A stretch of 64,000 nt of DNA from the NCBI GenBank assembly GCA_023387985.1, contig JAEWHC010000005.1, forward strand, positions 519,008 to 583,007, given 5' to 3'. Under the pieces are notes generated by a model that saw only the letters and a list, made by a program, of their open reading frames with translations, was not told the DNA's origin and searched no databases. Both the position numbers and the translations under genes were made by a program. Shown here one piece after another: positions 30,503-41,696 of this stretch. Numbering within the stretch: position 1 is the stretch's first letter; every line of letters begins with the position of its first letter. Source of the DNA: Bacteroidota bacterium. GTDB lineage: Bacteria; Bacteroidota; Bacteroidia; Chitinophagales; Chitinophagaceae.

Positions 30503-31528
30503 ATGAAGTACAAACTATTGGGCAATTCCGGGTTGAAAGTCTCTGAATTTTGCCTGGGCACCATGGGCTTTGGCACCCATAACGACTGGGGAATAGCCGA
30601 GGAACCGAGTTTTGAAATTATGGAAGCCTTTGGCAATGCCGGCGGGAATTTTCTGGATACCGCCAACCGTTATCAGGACGGCATGACAGAGGAGATTGTG
30701 GGAAATTTCATAAATAAAGGCGATCGCGATTACTGGATAGTTGCCACAAAATACAGCCTGAAAGACAATACCACCAATCCTAACGCAAGCGGAAATAACC
30801 GCAAGAACATGATGCGCAGTGTGGAGAATAGCCTGCGCCGGCTAAAGACAGGCTTCATCGATGTATTGTACCTGCACATCTGGGACTGGCTGACGCCGAT
30901 GGAAGAAGTGATGCGCGGTCTCGATGACCTGGTAAAACAGGGGAAAATAAATTATATTGCCATGAGCGACACGCCGGCCTGGCTGGTCAGCAAAGCCCAG
31001 GAAATTGCCAGGTGGAGGGGCTATCTTCCCATTGTGGCTTTACAAGTGGAATACAGCCTGATACAACGCACCCCGGAAAGAGACCTGATCCCCATGGCCA
31101 AACATTATGGCATGACCGTGACACCCTGGGCGCCGTTGGGCGGCGGGGCATTAACGGGCAAGTATTTACGCAATGATCCCGGTCGGATTAAACCGGACAG
31201 CAAACGGCTGAACGACAGGGCAGTTTCTATAACCAAAAAGGTCGTTGAAATTGCAGGGGAGCTCGGAGTGCCGGCTTCACAAGTAGCGCTGGCCTGGACG
31301 AGGCAGCAGGGTTTTGATTCCATACCCATTATTGGCGCCACCAAACTAAGCCAGTTTAAAGAAAACCTGAAATATCCCGACCTCGTCATTCCTGATCATC
31401 ATTTGAATGCATTGAACGAGATCAGTTCAATAGACCTGGGTTTCCCGGGTGAATTTTACAAAGAAGCCGGTGTAAGGGAAAATAATTTCGGCGGATTTTA
31501 TGACCAGATTGAACACCCGGAAATTTGA
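30503..31528 (+). CDS. Aldo/keto reductase
   Basis: LGTMGFG, DTANRY, ATKY, IDVLYLH, QVEYSL, PIIGA. Confidence 0.93.
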   Translation: MKYKLLGNSGLKVSEFCLGTMGFGTHNDWGIAEEPSFEIMEAFGNAGGNFLDTANRYQDGMTEEIVGNFINKGDRDYWIVATKYSLKDNTTNPNASGNNRKNMMRSVENSLRRLKTGFIDVLYLHIWDWLTPMEEVMRGLDDLVKQGKINYIAMSDTPAWLVSKAQEIARWRGYLPIVALQVEYSLIQRTPERDLIPMAKHYGMTVTPWAPLGGGALTGKYLRNDPGRIKPDSKRLNDRAVSITKKVVEIAGELGVPASQVALAWTRQQGFDSIPIIGATKLSQFKENLKYPDLVIPDHHLNALNEISSIDLGFPGEFYKEAGVRENNFGGFYDQIEHPEI

Positions 31529-31541
31529 GAAAGCTATCATT

Positions 31542-31575
31542 AAATAAAAGGCCGGAAATCATCCAGCCTTTTATT
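31542..31575. terminator. Bidirectional terminator
   Basis: AATAAAAGGCCGGA...TCCAGCCTTTTATT between convergent genes. Confidence 0.7.
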
Positions 31576-31597
31576 ATAAGTATTTGTCGATGATCAA

Positions 31598-32353
31598 CTA
31601 TTTCTTTGTCACCCTTACGTCCACCCTTCTGTTCATAGCTTTACCTTCAGCAGTTGCATTGTCTGCCAGCGGATGCTGCGGTCCATAGCCTTCGGCTTCA
31701 AGTCCATTGGCAACTCCGGCTGTTTTCAGTGCCGCCATAACTGCATTTGCCCTTGACTGGCTTATGCGCAGATTGGCCGAACTGTCTCCGGTATTATCGG
31801 TATAGCCACCGAGCTTAATGGTGGCACCAGGGAATTGTTTTAATATGCCGGCGAGGTTGTTAACCTGCGCCTGCGAGGTTTCAGTCAAAGTGGAGGAACC
31901 GGTTGCGAAAAATACGCGGTCTAGTGAAATCCAACCTTTGGTCTTGTCCACGGTATCCACCACATTGTTAGCATCAAACAGAAAATCATAGAGCTTTTTT
32001 TCGGTGCTTCTGCTCCCAACACGCATTGAGGTGCCATCAGCCAATTCAATATTGACCATGTCACCGGTTTCGTACATAAAGTTTCCGAGGCTATCAAGTT
32101 TTCCAAGTTGGAGGGGATTGATCGTTTGGGGGGTTGCGGGTCCGCCACTGCTGCCGGTGCCCCGGGTACCAACCTGCTCCATACCAAAGCGATAATGATC
32201 TGCTTCTGAATCGCCCTTATTCCATAACCACCAGGCGGCCAGAACAGCTAACGACAATACCAAAACAAGTAGGGCAATGCCCGTTCCCAGGGTATTCTTG
32301 CCAAAACGCTTATCATACCGTAAACCCTGTTCATCCTGAACGTGTTGTTCCAT
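31598..32353 (-). CDS. Membrane-anchored OmpA-domain protein
   Basis: One TM helix; GYTDNTG, N..ISQSRA, EGYG, NRRVD. Confidence 0.88.
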   Translation of the reverse strand: MEQHVQDEQGLRYDKRFGKNTLGTGIALLVLVLSLAVLAAWWLWNKGDSEADHYRFGMEQVGTRGTGSSGGPATPQTINPLQLGKLDSLGNFMYETGDMVNIELADGTSMRVGSRSTEKKLYDFLFDANNVVDTVDKTKGWISLDRVFFATGSSTLTETSQAQVNNLAGILKQFPGATIKLGGYTDNTGDSSANLRISQSRANAVMAALKTAGVANGLEAEGYGPQHPLADNATAEGKAMNRRVDVRVTKK

Positions 32354-32581
32354 ATCCGAAATTTTTACAAACCTAAAAAAAGTAAATTAAGTGTCCAAAG
32401 TTATCCGGTCCAAAGTATACCTGCGCGAAAAATATGCACTTCACGCCATGAATTCCAGAAATGCCATTGATATGTAAATGGGGGATTTTTTAAAAGAAAC
32501 ACTATGGGCATAAAATTGCTTGAGTATATTTACAGCCGGTATTTTTAATAAAAATCCTGCTTCCTTTTCGCAATATCAACT

Positions 32582-35500
32582 ATGAGAAAGCTATTATTTC
32601 CAATGCTGCTGTTGGTCTCCCAGATGGCCTTTACGCAGGAATCCCCTTTATGGCTTCGTTATCCTGCCATCTCACCTGATGGAAACACCATCGTCTTTAC
32701 TTTCCAGGGTGACATTTACCGTGTAGATGCCAAAGGCGGTACGGCATTGCCATTAACACTACAAGAAGCTCATGATTTTATGCCCGTGTGGAGCCCGGAC
32801 GGGAAAAGCATTGCCTTTGCCAGTGACCGCTTCGGCAATTTCGATGTGTTCGTTATGCCAGCGACCGGTGGCGAAGCCAAACGTATCACTTATCACAGTG
32901 CGCCGGAATATCCATACGCCATACTGCCCGACAATAAAACCGTGGTTTTTGGCGCAAGCCGGCAAGACGCAGTGGACAACAGGCAGTATCCCAGCGGTTA
33001 TATGCCTGAACTATACAAAAGTGATGGCGGAAGAGCCATGCAGATCCTCACCACGCCTGCCGAAAACGTTAGTTTTGATGCTGCAGGCAACCGGATGTTT
33101 TATGAAGATAAAAAAGGCCAGGAAAATGCCTGGCGCAAGCATCACACCAGTTCAGTAGCCCGGGATATCTGGATGTATGACCTGCAATCGAAAACGCATA
33201 AACAAATCACCGCTTTTGCGGGTGAAGACCGGAATCCTGTATGGGTAAATAACCAGGATGCACTCTATTATCTGAGCGAGCAAAATGGCAGTTTCAATGT
33301 TTTTAAAACCAATGAAGCCGGAAAAAACCCCGAAGCCATCACCCGCTTTAGCACGCATCCCGTACGTTTCCTCACTGCTTCCAACCAGGGAGATCTTTGT
33401 TTTGGGTTCAATGGAGAAATCTATCTGCACAAAAACGGGCAAAGCACAAAAGTTGCCATTCAGATAGCCAATGATGGCCGGGGAAGATCGGTTACCAATC
33501 TGCCCATTCGTTCGGGCATCAGCCAGTTACTCGTTTCGCCCAATGGCCGCGAGGCTGCTTTTGTGTACCGCGGTGACGTCTTTGTAACCAACGCCGATGG
33601 CAGCGGAACCAAGCAGGTAACCAAAACCACGGAAGCGGAAAGAGGCATGAGCTGGTCAAAAGATGGAAGAGCATTGGTCTATTCCAGTGAACGTGGCGGG
33701 CGCTTCCGGATTTTCAGATCTGAGATCGTTAGAAGAGATGAGCCATATTTTTATGCCAGCACGTTGCTTAAAGAAACCGAACTGGTGCAAAATGAGAATA
33801 GCCTCCAGGCACCGGCACTCAGCCCCGATGGAAAACTGCTGGCCTATACCGAAAATTTCAATACCCTGAAATTGCGGAGCCTTGAAAAGAAAAGTGATGT
33901 TATTTTGGTAAAACCGGAACAATGGTTGAGTTGGGGTGATAATGGCCATGCTGTGGAGTGGAGCCCCGATAGCAAATGGCTGCTCACTGGATTCAGTCAG
34001 CCGGGAATCGGCAACAGTGAAATCGGTATCCTGAGTGCCGATGGTAAAACCCAACTGACCAATATTACCCAAAGCGGCTTCAGCGATGGCAATGCCAAAT
34101 GGGGAATGCAGGGTAAAATGATGTACTGGTTTTCCACCCGTGAGGGCTTGTCTGGCAAAGCCAACAGCGGGGGTTCCCAAAATGATGTATTTGGACTATT
34201 TTTTGACAAAGGCGCCTGGGATACCTTCCGGCTGAGCAAAGATGATTATGCACTGGCAAAAGATATCCGCAGCAAAGCAGATACTTCGAAGAAAAAAACG
34301 GAAGCCAAAAAAGACAGTACACCGGTAGTAAAGATCGACTGGCCGGGCCTGGAATTCCGTAAAGAAAGATTAACCGTGCACAGTAGCAGCATGAGCGACG
34401 CACTCCTCGATAAAGATGGCGAGAACCTGTATTATTTATCACGTTTTGAAAAAGGTGCCAATCTCTGGAAAACCAATTTGCGTACAAAAGAAACCAAAAT
34501 ACTGGCTCCCGTTAATGCCGCAAGGGCAGGCAATATGCAGTGGGGTAAAGATGAAAAGCAAATATTTCTTGAACTGGACGGCGGCATAGCTAAAATCGGG
34601 GCGGCCGATGGAAAAGTGGAGCGGGTATCCCTTGACGGCAATATGGTTGTGAATGAAAAAGCCGAACGTCAGGTTATGTTTGACCATGTGGTACGGCGTA
34701 CGAGAGATATCTATTACAAAAATGATTACCACGGAATAAAATGGGATGAAATGGCAGCCTCCTATGCACGGCAGGTTCCTTTTGTTGGCAATGATTTTGA
34801 ATTTTCCGAGCTCCTGAGCGAACTGCTTGGTGAACTGAATGTTAGCCATAGCGGATCATCGTATGGAAGCCTGAATCCGAATGCGGATGCCACTGCGAGC
34901 CTTGGGCTATTATACAATCCGGATTACAGTGGAATAGGAATGCAGATTGAAGAAGTACTTGTGAATGGTCCGCTTGACAAAAACACATGGGATATAAAAA
35001 AGGGAGATCTCCTCATTGCGATTGATGGCGATACCATCAAGCCCGATACCGACCTGAGCCGCTACCTGAATCGCAAACAGAATCAATTTGTACTCGTTTC
35101 CATTGGCCGCAATAATGAAATGAAGGAATTTGTGATCAGGCCTGTATCTCTTGGTGAGGAAAACCGTTTGCTGTACCAGCGCTGGGTTAAGCGCAATGCC
35201 GATGAAGTTACCCGGCTCAGCAAAGGAAAACTTGGCTATATCCATATTCCCGGAATGAACGACGGAGCCTTTCGCACGGCTGTAGATGAAGCCATGGGAA
35301 AATTCGCCGGTACAGATGCTCTCGTAGTGGATACACGAAACAATGGCGGTGGCGACCTGGTGGCCGACCTGGCTATGTGGTTAAGTGGTAAGCCATTTAT
35401 GCAGTACAGTAACGACCGCGAAATCGTTAACTATGAACCCACTTTCCGGTGGAACAAACCAAGTATAAGCCTGGCAAATGAGGCCAATTACAGCGATGGT

Positions 35501-35779
35501 CATTGCTACGCGTATATGTACACTTTTTTGAATCTCGGTAAACTTGTAGGTATGCCCGTACCGGGAACCTGTACTTTTGCGGGGTGGGAAGTTCTTCAAA
35601 ATCCAAATATCCGGTGGGGTGTTCCGCCAATGGGCGTAAAAATTGTTGATGGTCCCTATCTTGAAAACCATCAGACAGAACCGGACATCAAAGTGAAAAA
35701 CGAGTATGGCGTAGTCGCTACGGGCAAAGATCAGCAACTGGAGAAAGCAGTTGAAGAACTGCTCAAAACCATTAAATGA
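32582..35779 (+). CDS. Tricorn-like S41 peptidase
   Basis: Signal peptide; PD40 repeats (SPDG), ELNVSH, PDZ-like region, DTRNNGGG, YSDG. Confidence 0.92.
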   Translation: MRKLLFPMLLLVSQMAFTQESPLWLRYPAISPDGNTIVFTFQGDIYRVDAKGGTALPLTLQEAHDFMPVWSPDGKSIAFASDRFGNFDVFVMPATGGEAKRITYHSAPEYPYAILPDNKTVVFGASRQDAVDNRQYPSGYMPELYKSDGGRAMQILTTPAENVSFDAAGNRMFYEDKKGQENAWRKHHTSSVARDIWMYDLQSKTHKQITAFAGEDRNPVWVNNQDALYYLSEQNGSFNVFKTNEAGKNPEAITRFSTHPVRFLTASNQGDLCFGFNGEIYLHKNGQSTKVAIQIANDGRGRSVTNLPIRSGISQLLVSPNGREAAFVYRGDVFVTNADGSGTKQVTKTTEAERGMSWSKDGRALVYSSERGGRFRIFRSEIVRRDEPYFYASTLLKETELVQNENSLQAPALSPDGKLLAYTENFNTLKLRSLEKKSDVILVKPEQWLSWGDNGHAVEWSPDSKWLLTGFSQPGIGNSEIGILSADGKTQLTNITQSGFSDGNAKWGMQGKMMYWFSTREGLSGKANSGGSQNDVFGLFFDKGAWDTFRLSKDDYALAKDIRSKADTSKKKTEAKKDSTPVVKIDWPGLEFRKERLTVHSSSMSDALLDKDGENLYYLSRFEKGANLWKTNLRTKETKILAPVNAARAGNMQWGKDEKQIFLELDGGIAKIGAADGKVERVSLDGNMVVNEKAERQVMFDHVVRRTRDIYYKNDYHGIKWDEMAASYARQVPFVGNDFEFSELLSELLGELNVSHSGSSYGSLNPNADATASLGLLYNPDYSGIGMQIEEVLVNGPLDKNTWDIKKGDLLIAIDGDTIKPDTDLSRYLNRKQNQFVLVSIGRNNEMKEFVIRPVSLGEENRLLYQRWVKRNADEVTRLSKGKLGYIHIPGMNDGAFRTAVDEAMGKFAGTDALVVDTRNNGGGDLVADLAMWLSGKPFMQYSNDREIVNYEPTFRWNKPSISLANEANYSDGHCYAYMYTFLNLGKLVGMPVPGTCTFAGWEVLQNPNIRWGVPPMGVKIVDGPYLENHQTEPDIKVKNEYGVVATGKDQQLEKAVEELLKTIK

Positions 35780-35820
35780 TCATTCATTAATTTTAAAGAT
35801 CTAAACGGAACTTTGCGAGC

Positions 35821-36855
35821 ATGTCTAATCCGCATATTCACAATACAGGGAACCCCAATACTGCCGACAAGGAGTTTGAAAATTCCATAAGGCCGGGATT
35901 GATTGCGGAGTTCAGCGGGCAGCCCCAGCTCATTGAAAATCTCAAGATCTTCATTCGCGCGGCAAAGATCCGGGGGGAGGCACTGGACCATGTATTATTT
36001 CACGGTCCGCCCGGATTGGGCAAAACCACCCTAAGCCGCATCGTAGCAAACGAGCTTGGCGTTGGAATAAAGGAAACAAGCGGACCCGTTATTGAAAAAC
36101 CCGGCGATCTTGCCGGTTTACTGACCAGTTTGTCGGCCCATGATGTTTTGTTTATTGATGAAATACACCGGCTGAGCTCGGTGGTGGAAGAATATCTATA
36201 TGCGGCTATGGAAGATTTCCGGATTGATATCCTGATCGATTCGGGGCCCAGTGCCAGAAGCATCCAGTTGAATCTTGAGCCCTTTACGCTGATTGGTGCC
36301 ACTACCCGTAGCGGTTTACTCACCGCTCCACTGCTCAGCCGTTTCGGCATAAAAAACAGGCTGGAGTATTACAATCATCAGACGCTGCAAAAGATTATCG
36401 AGCGTTCGGCGACAATTTTGGGTGTGAATGTTGATGCAGATGCCGCCAAAGAGATAAGCCGGCGCAGCCGCGGTACACCACGTATCGCCAATGGCTTGCT
36501 CAGGCGGGTACGCGATTTTGCACAGGTATTAAATGATGGAAAAGTTGACCTCGGAATAACCCAGCATGCCCTCAAAGCTTTGCAGGTTGATGAACATGGC
36601 CTTGATGATATGGACAACCGCATCCTAACCACCATTATAGAAAAATTCAAAGGGGGCCCGGTTGGCATCACCACAATAGCCACAGCGGTGGGGGAAGAAG
36701 CCGGCACACTTGAAGAAGTATATGAACCCTTTCTGATCCAGGAAGGATTTCTACAAAGAACCCCCCGAGGAAGAGAAGTAACCGATAAAGCCTATCTCCA
36801 CCTCGGAAAAACAAAACCTTCCATTCCCGGAACTACCCGAACACTGTTTGATTGA
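35821..36855 (+). CDS. ruvB: Holliday junction helicase RuvB
   Basis: [36 protein letters not shown]. Confidence 0.98.
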   Translation: MSNPHIHNTGNPNTADKEFENSIRPGLIAEFSGQPQLIENLKIFIRAAKIRGEALDHVLFHGPPGLGKTTLSRIVANELGVGIKETSGPVIEKPGDLAGLLTSLSAHDVLFIDEIHRLSSVVEEYLYAAMEDFRIDILIDSGPSARSIQLNLEPFTLIGATTRSGLLTAPLLSRFGIKNRLEYYNHQTLQKIIERSATILGVNVDADAAKEISRRSRGTPRIANGLLRRVRDFAQVLNDGKVDLGITQHALKALQVDEHGLDDMDNRILTTIIEKFKGGPVGITTIATAVGEEAGTLEEVYEPFLIQEGFLQRTPRGREVTDKAYLHLGKTKPSIPGTTRTLFD

Positions 36856-36857
36856 GC

Positions 36858-37346
36858 TCATCTTTGCCTGACCAGGCTGTCTGCAGGGTATTCCGCTTTT
36901 ATTTTTTCCATTTGCAAATGGGCCCAATCGATCAGCACCTGCCTTTCTGCATCGGTAATTTTCGCTTCCGGATGCAGGCCGAAATAGGTATAGCTTTTCA
37001 AGGGCATTTCTTTTTTTTCTACCATTTCAGCCATTTCTTCCAGTTGGTGAAGCTGATCCCCAATTTTCTGATGTGAAAATTCCGAAAGGTTGAAATGCTC
37101 CTTGCCTTCATTTACATGTTTGGCCAGAAACCAGGCGCTGGGTTGAACATTGGCATACCATGGATAGCTTGTTTCGTTTGAATGGCAATCGGCACAGGCA
37201 TTCTGCAGCAATACATTAACGTTATCCGGAACTACATATTTGGTGGAAATATGGTGGGTATGGTCTGCCGACAAGTTGCGTTTGGGTTTTATAAATTGTA
37301 TCACCACCAGGAGAACTACGATTGCCAGTAAAATTTTCTTGAGCAT
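36858..37346 (-). CDS. Haem-binding domain (monoheme c) protein
   Basis: CADCHSN.T.YPWY, EMPL; N-terminal anchor. Confidence 0.85.
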   Translation of the reverse strand: MLKKILLAIVVLLVVIQFIKPKRNLSADHTHHISTKYVVPDNVNVLLQNACADCHSNETSYPWYANVQPSAWFLAKHVNEGKEHFNLSEFSHQKIGDQLHQLEEMAEMVEKKEMPLKSYTYFGLHPEAKITDAERQVLIDWAHLQMEKIKAEYPADSLVRQR

Positions 37347-37510
37347 AAAGCGTGGATTTGTGATTGTTAAAATAACTTAAACCTGTTCAATGCATCACCG
37401 GGCTGCATCAGCGTTCGTTCCTGCGGAATGCAAGGCTTCGTTTGCACCTTTTCAAAAATAATCTTTTTTTATATTTGATCTGGCGATATTCGTCATTCAA
37501 TCTGCTCTCT

Positions 37511-37867
37511 ATGTCCATTGAAAAAAGCCTTTCCCGGAAGCACCGCGACTTCTTTACCGATGTGTGGGATGTTGTGCGGCAAATACCGGAGGGCAGGGTT
37601 ACAACCTACGGGGCAATTGCCCGGTACCTGGGAAGCGGCATCAGCGCAAGGATGGTAGGCTGGGCGTTGAACGCGAGCCATGCCTTTGGAAGTGTACCTG
37701 CCCAACGGGTGGTAAACCGCCAGGGCCGGTTGACGGGCAAAATGCATTTCGGAAATCCTGAGCGTATGCAGCAATTGCTGAACAAGGAAGGAATTAACAT
37801 TGAAGAAGACACCGTCGGGGATTTTGAAAAATTGTTCTGGGATCCGGGTTCGGAATTGGCATTGTAA
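37511..37867 (+). CDS. MGMT-family alkyltransferase-like (ATL) protein
   Basis: IPEGRVTTYGAIA, ARMVGW, PAQRVVN (no acceptor Cys). Confidence 0.88.
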   Translation: MSIEKSLSRKHRDFFTDVWDVVRQIPEGRVTTYGAIARYLGSGISARMVGWALNASHAFGSVPAQRVVNRQGRLTGKMHFGNPERMQQLLNKEGINIEEDTVGDFEKLFWDPGSELAL

Positions 37868-37893
37868 TTGACCTCACCTACAAAATTTTTAAA

Positions 37894-38748
37894 ATGCAAA
37901 GACTTTATTTTGAACAGATGATCAATGCTTCGCCACATGTTGTATGGAGTATTCTTTGGGAAGATGCTACCTACCGGAAATGGACAGCTGTGTACTCAGA
38001 AGGATCCTATGCAGTTGGCGCGTTTCGTGAAGGCAGCAGGATCCATTTCCTGGGACCCGATGGCTCGGGCATTTATTCGGATGTGGTAAGGATGGCACCG
38101 GAAGAGCAAATGCGTTTCAAGCATATTGGCGAAATCAAGAATTTCCAGGAACAGGAAATTGCAACAGGCGAAAGCTGGTATGGGGCAATTGAACAATATG
38201 ATCTTGAAGAACAGGAAAGCGGTACTTTGTTGAAAATGATCCTGGACACTACCTCATCGTTTGCAGAATTCATGAAAGCGACCTGTCCGAAAGCGTTAGC
38301 CCGTGTGCGCACGCTGGCAGAAACCGGCGGCACAGGGCAAATACAAATTTCCACCACGCTCGAAGGCGTTTCAAAAGAGAAGGCCTGGAATGCCTATACT
38401 CAGCCACTAAGCATTGAACAGTGGAATTTTGCAACAGAAGACTGGCACTGCCCCAGGGCAATTGCGGATCTGAGTGAAGGCGGCAGATTTGCATATACAA
38501 TGGCCGCCAAAGACGGAAGCAATTCCTTTGATTTTACCGGCTCATTCACCAAAGTGGATCCCTTTGATATGCTGAATTATAAATTGGACGATGGCCGGAA
38601 TGTTTTTATAAATTTTCTTGATGAAAATGAGCGGGTTCATGTTTCGGTTCTATTTGATGCCGAAGATGAGAATCCTGCAGAATTGCAGCGTGAAGGCTGG
38701 CAGGCCATCCTTGATAATTATGCGCGGTTTGTTCAACGAACAGCCTAA
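37894..38748 (+). CDS. Tandem SRPBCC/AHSA1 domain protein
   Basis: Two START-like halves: VW..LW...TY..WT and WNFA..DWHCP...MAAKDGS..FDF...QREGWQAIL. Confidence 0.85.
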   Translation: MQRLYFEQMINASPHVVWSILWEDATYRKWTAVYSEGSYAVGAFREGSRIHFLGPDGSGIYSDVVRMAPEEQMRFKHIGEIKNFQEQEIATGESWYGAIEQYDLEEQESGTLLKMILDTTSSFAEFMKATCPKALARVRTLAETGGTGQIQISTTLEGVSKEKAWNAYTQPLSIEQWNFATEDWHCPRAIADLSEGGRFAYTMAAKDGSNSFDFTGSFTKVDPFDMLNYKLDDGRNVFINFLDENERVHVSVLFDAEDENPAELQREGWQAILDNYARFVQRTA

Positions 38749-38764
38749 TCAAAGCTCCCGATAT

Positions 38765-39349
38765 CTATCCGTAATAGGGTTTGATCATTGCGTAGATGAC
38801 GGGGCCGGATACCGCCACGTAAAACCAAATGGGCCAGGTAATGCGGGCTAACTTTTTGTGCTTTTCAAAATCTGCAGTCAGTGCGCGGTAGGTAGTGAAG
38901 AGTACAAGAGGCAGAATGATCGCAGCCAATGATATATGGGTAAGCAATACGATCAGGTAAAAGGTGCGGGCATTTCCCACAGCAGCTTTTTCTTCAGCAC
39001 TTACCACACCATCAAGATTGATATCGCCAAACCGGGTATCGCCGGCAAGCAAATGATGCGCAACGTAGCTTGCCAAAAAGATAACGCTCAGGGTGAGGGC
39101 CGCCATCATCAACCGCTTATGCCATTCATACCTTCTGATCTTTACTGAAAACAATGCCGCTACAAGCAAAACGGAAACCACCGCATTGATGACCGCATTG
39201 AATTTTGCGAAAATATGAACGTCAAAAGGCAGATCCCGGCCCAGCTCCACCCTTCCTAAGAAAGTTATAACGACAAATATCAGGGCAGATAAAGTAAAAA
39301 TAATCCAGCGGGCTTTTTTGTCATTGGGCTTTAATACAGGTCCAAGCAT
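38765..39349 (-). CDS. DUF420 membrane protein
   Basis: NAVIN, H..LM, FL.SY, HI.LA, H.KLAR.T.PIW.YV..SG. Confidence 0.88.
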   Translation of the reverse strand: MLGPVLKPNDKKARWIIFTLSALIFVVITFLGRVELGRDLPFDVHIFAKFNAVINAVVSVLLVAALFSVKIRRYEWHKRLMMAALTLSVIFLASYVAHHLLAGDTRFGDINLDGVVSAEEKAAVGNARTFYLIVLLTHISLAAIILPLVLFTTYRALTADFEKHKKLARITWPIWFYVAVSGPVIYAMIKPYYG

Positions 39350-39381
39350 AATCTTATTTTCGTTCAATTAGAATAATCCGG

Positions 39382-40191
39382 TTAATAAATTTCCTCCGAG
39401 CGTTTGCGGTTAAACCACCACATCAGCAAAAAAACCAAAACAGGAATCACCATCAGGAAAGGCAGAACGGGAATGAACTGCCTGAAAACAGATGGCTTAT
39501 TCCTGTCTCTCTCCAAAAACAACTTGCCGATATCTTCTGCAAGCCGTTGCAAGTGCGTACTGTCAAGTCCGCTGTAATAGCCGCGAATGATGTGATCCCT
39601 GTCAACTAAAACCAGTTTCTCTGTATGGATGAAATTGGAATCCACTTCACCTCCATCCCTGGTGGATAATTTCAATTCATCCAGCAGGTAGGGATAAATC
39701 ACTTCTTTTTTTCCCGTAACAAGACTCCACGAATCGCTGTTTACATAAAAGCGGTCGGCCCATTTTTTCAGGGCCTCTACGCTATCCCGTTGCGGATCAA
39801 CGCTCACAGACAGAAAATACACAATCGAACTGTCGCCGTATTTCTTTCGTTTTGGATTTTCAAAGGATTGTTGCAGTTTGCGTACATTCCGGGTAAGTGC
39901 CGGGCAAATATTCGGACAACGTGTAAAAAATGTATTGATCACCACAATGCGGCCTTCCATATCCTGCAGGGAAACGGTCTCGCCCAGTTGGTTGATGAAA
40001 TTAAAATCAGGCAACCGGTGGTAAATGGTATCGTGGGTTGTTTTCCCGTCTTTTACCTGGGTGTCAATACGATCAACAAAATAGCGGCGCGGCATGTCCA
40101 CGGCATTTTCACCCGCCAGTTTCATTACAAAATACCCTCCCAGCGGAAGCAACAGGGCTATTGCAATACCAATCCATGCCGACTTGTTCAT
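39382..40191 (-). CDS. SCO/SenC copper chaperone
   Basis: FFTRCPNICP, VDPQRD, FIH. Confidence 0.92.
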   Translation of the reverse strand: MNKSAWIGIAIALLLPLGGYFVMKLAGENAVDMPRRYFVDRIDTQVKDGKTTHDTIYHRLPDFNFINQLGETVSLQDMEGRIVVINTFFTRCPNICPALTRNVRKLQQSFENPKRKKYGDSSIVYFLSVSVDPQRDSVEALKKWADRFYVNSDSWSLVTGKKEVIYPYLLDELKLSTRDGGEVDSNFIHTEKLVLVDRDHIIRGYYSGLDSTHLQRLAEDIGKLFLERDRNKPSVFRQFIPVLPFLMVIPVLVFLLMWWFNRKRSEEIY

Positions 40192-40253
40192 TGCCCGCAA
40201 AATTATTGGTTTAGTGCCGGAGCGGAAAATGTAATCTTCGGATTTAGCACAAT

Positions 40254-40284
40254 AAAAAACCGCTCCATGCAGAACATGAAGCGG
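40254..40284 (-). terminator. Terminator after oxidase subunit IV
   Basis: Minus strand CCGCTTCATG-ttctg-CATGGAGCGG-TTTTTT. Confidence 0.7.
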
Positions 40285-40304
40285 AAAAAAAAAGAAAAAC
40301 TAAA

Positions 40305-40739
40305 TCACTTTTGAGCGCCCGGCGGAATTGCTGCGGGAGCCACCTTTTCTGTCTTGGGTTTGCTGCCTGCGTCCGTACGTTTCAAATCACCCCAGCTCCA
40401 GCCATCCCAAAGAAAAGCGGCGATAAACCAAATGAAAAGTGCCAGGGGGGTAAGCACGGTCAGAATAAAATTCCGTATTTCATCACCAAGGTGCATAAAA
40501 TAGGAGGTAATGTAAAAGGCTTTCATCAACGTACAAATGATCACCAATCCGTGAATGAGGTACACGGCAAAAGGGTTTCCTCTTCCAATAAAGTATATGG
40601 TGAGCCCACAGGCAAGTTCAATAAGAGTAAAAATGGTAAGCATGATGGTTACCTTTTTTACCGTCTTTATAAACGTATCGTCATCTGCATGATGCAGGTA
40701 GGTGATTTCAGGTGTGGAAGGTATTGCTTCGTTTTGCAT
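40305..40739 (-). CDS. Cytochrome c oxidase subunit IV (Bacteroidota type)
   Basis: KAFYI..YFMHL; three TM helices; cluster position. Confidence 0.85.
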   Translation of the reverse strand: MQNEAIPSTPEITYLHHADDDTFIKTVKKVTIMLTIFTLIELACGLTIYFIGRGNPFAVYLIHGLVIICTLMKAFYITSYFMHLGDEIRNFILTVLTPLALFIWFIAAFLWDGWSWGDLKRTDAGSKPKTEKVAPAAIPPGAQK

Positions 40740-40780
40740 ATTAATTTTTTCTTAGTTTGAACAAAGGTTGAGCCAGCTGA

Positions 40781-41527
40781 TCACAGGAGATAAAAACACA
40801 GGAAAACAAATACCCATACCAGGTCTACAAAGTGCCAGTAAAGCCCTGTTTTTTCTATCATTTCATAATGACCGACCCGGTCAAATACGCCCATACGGGT
40901 TTTGAGATATGCAATAATATTTAAAAGGACGCCCACGGAAACGTGCACTCCATGAAATCCCGTTATGCCGAAAAAGAAACCGCCAAATAATCTCGGGCCG
41001 GGCAAATAAACCTGTTCGCCATTATGCATCATGCCTTCTACTGCAGGGCCATAAGAATTTGCACTGATGGTGGTACCCATTTCCTGAACCACGCCATCGA
41101 TCAGCACCGGTGTTTTACCGGTGATCATATGGGTCCATTCCCAGGCCTGGCAACTCAGGAAGACCAGACCACCCAAAATGGTCCACAAAAGGTATTTTTC
41201 CACACCCTTCCTGTTCATCTTGTGTCCTTCATGCACCGCCATCACCATTGTAACCGAACTAAGGATGAGGATAAATGTCATTACACTCACAAACAACAAT
41301 GGAAGGTTGGCATGCCCCATAAACGGGAATGCGTTGAACACAAGGTTTGGATCAGGCCAAAAGTCAGCACTGAATCGAATGGCTCCATAACTGATGAGGA
41401 ATGCGCCAAACGTGAAACTGTCGCTCAACAGGAAATACCACATCATGGTTTTGCCATAACTGATATTGAAGGGACTCTTTCCACCGCTCCACCATTTGTG
41501 GCCGGCTGGCAATGCGATTTCAGACAT
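40781..41527 (-). CDS. Cytochrome c oxidase subunit III family
   Basis: MW.FL.SD, TGFHG.HV, GLYWHFVD.VW. Confidence 0.92.
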   Translation of the reverse strand: MSEIALPAGHKWWSGGKSPFNISYGKTMMWYFLLSDSFTFGAFLISYGAIRFSADFWPDPNLVFNAFPFMGHANLPLLFVSVMTFILILSSVTMVMAVHEGHKMNRKGVEKYLLWTILGGLVFLSCQAWEWTHMITGKTPVLIDGVVQEMGTTISANSYGPAVEGMMHNGEQVYLPGPRLFGGFFFGITGFHGVHVSVGVLLNIIAYLKTRMGVFDRVGHYEMIEKTGLYWHFVDLVWVFVFLCFYLL

Positions 41528-41696
41528 AGATGCTTAAAATAGAGTTAGATAGTGACAAAAATAAGTGCCTGCAATTGAAATAGCGCGGTTCACCATAATT
41601 TTTTCTCAATTTTCCTTAACCGTTTTTGATGAATGTACTGGCCAGGAATGCTTTTGCAACATTCCATAATGCAATAATAAGGTACTTCAATCAATG

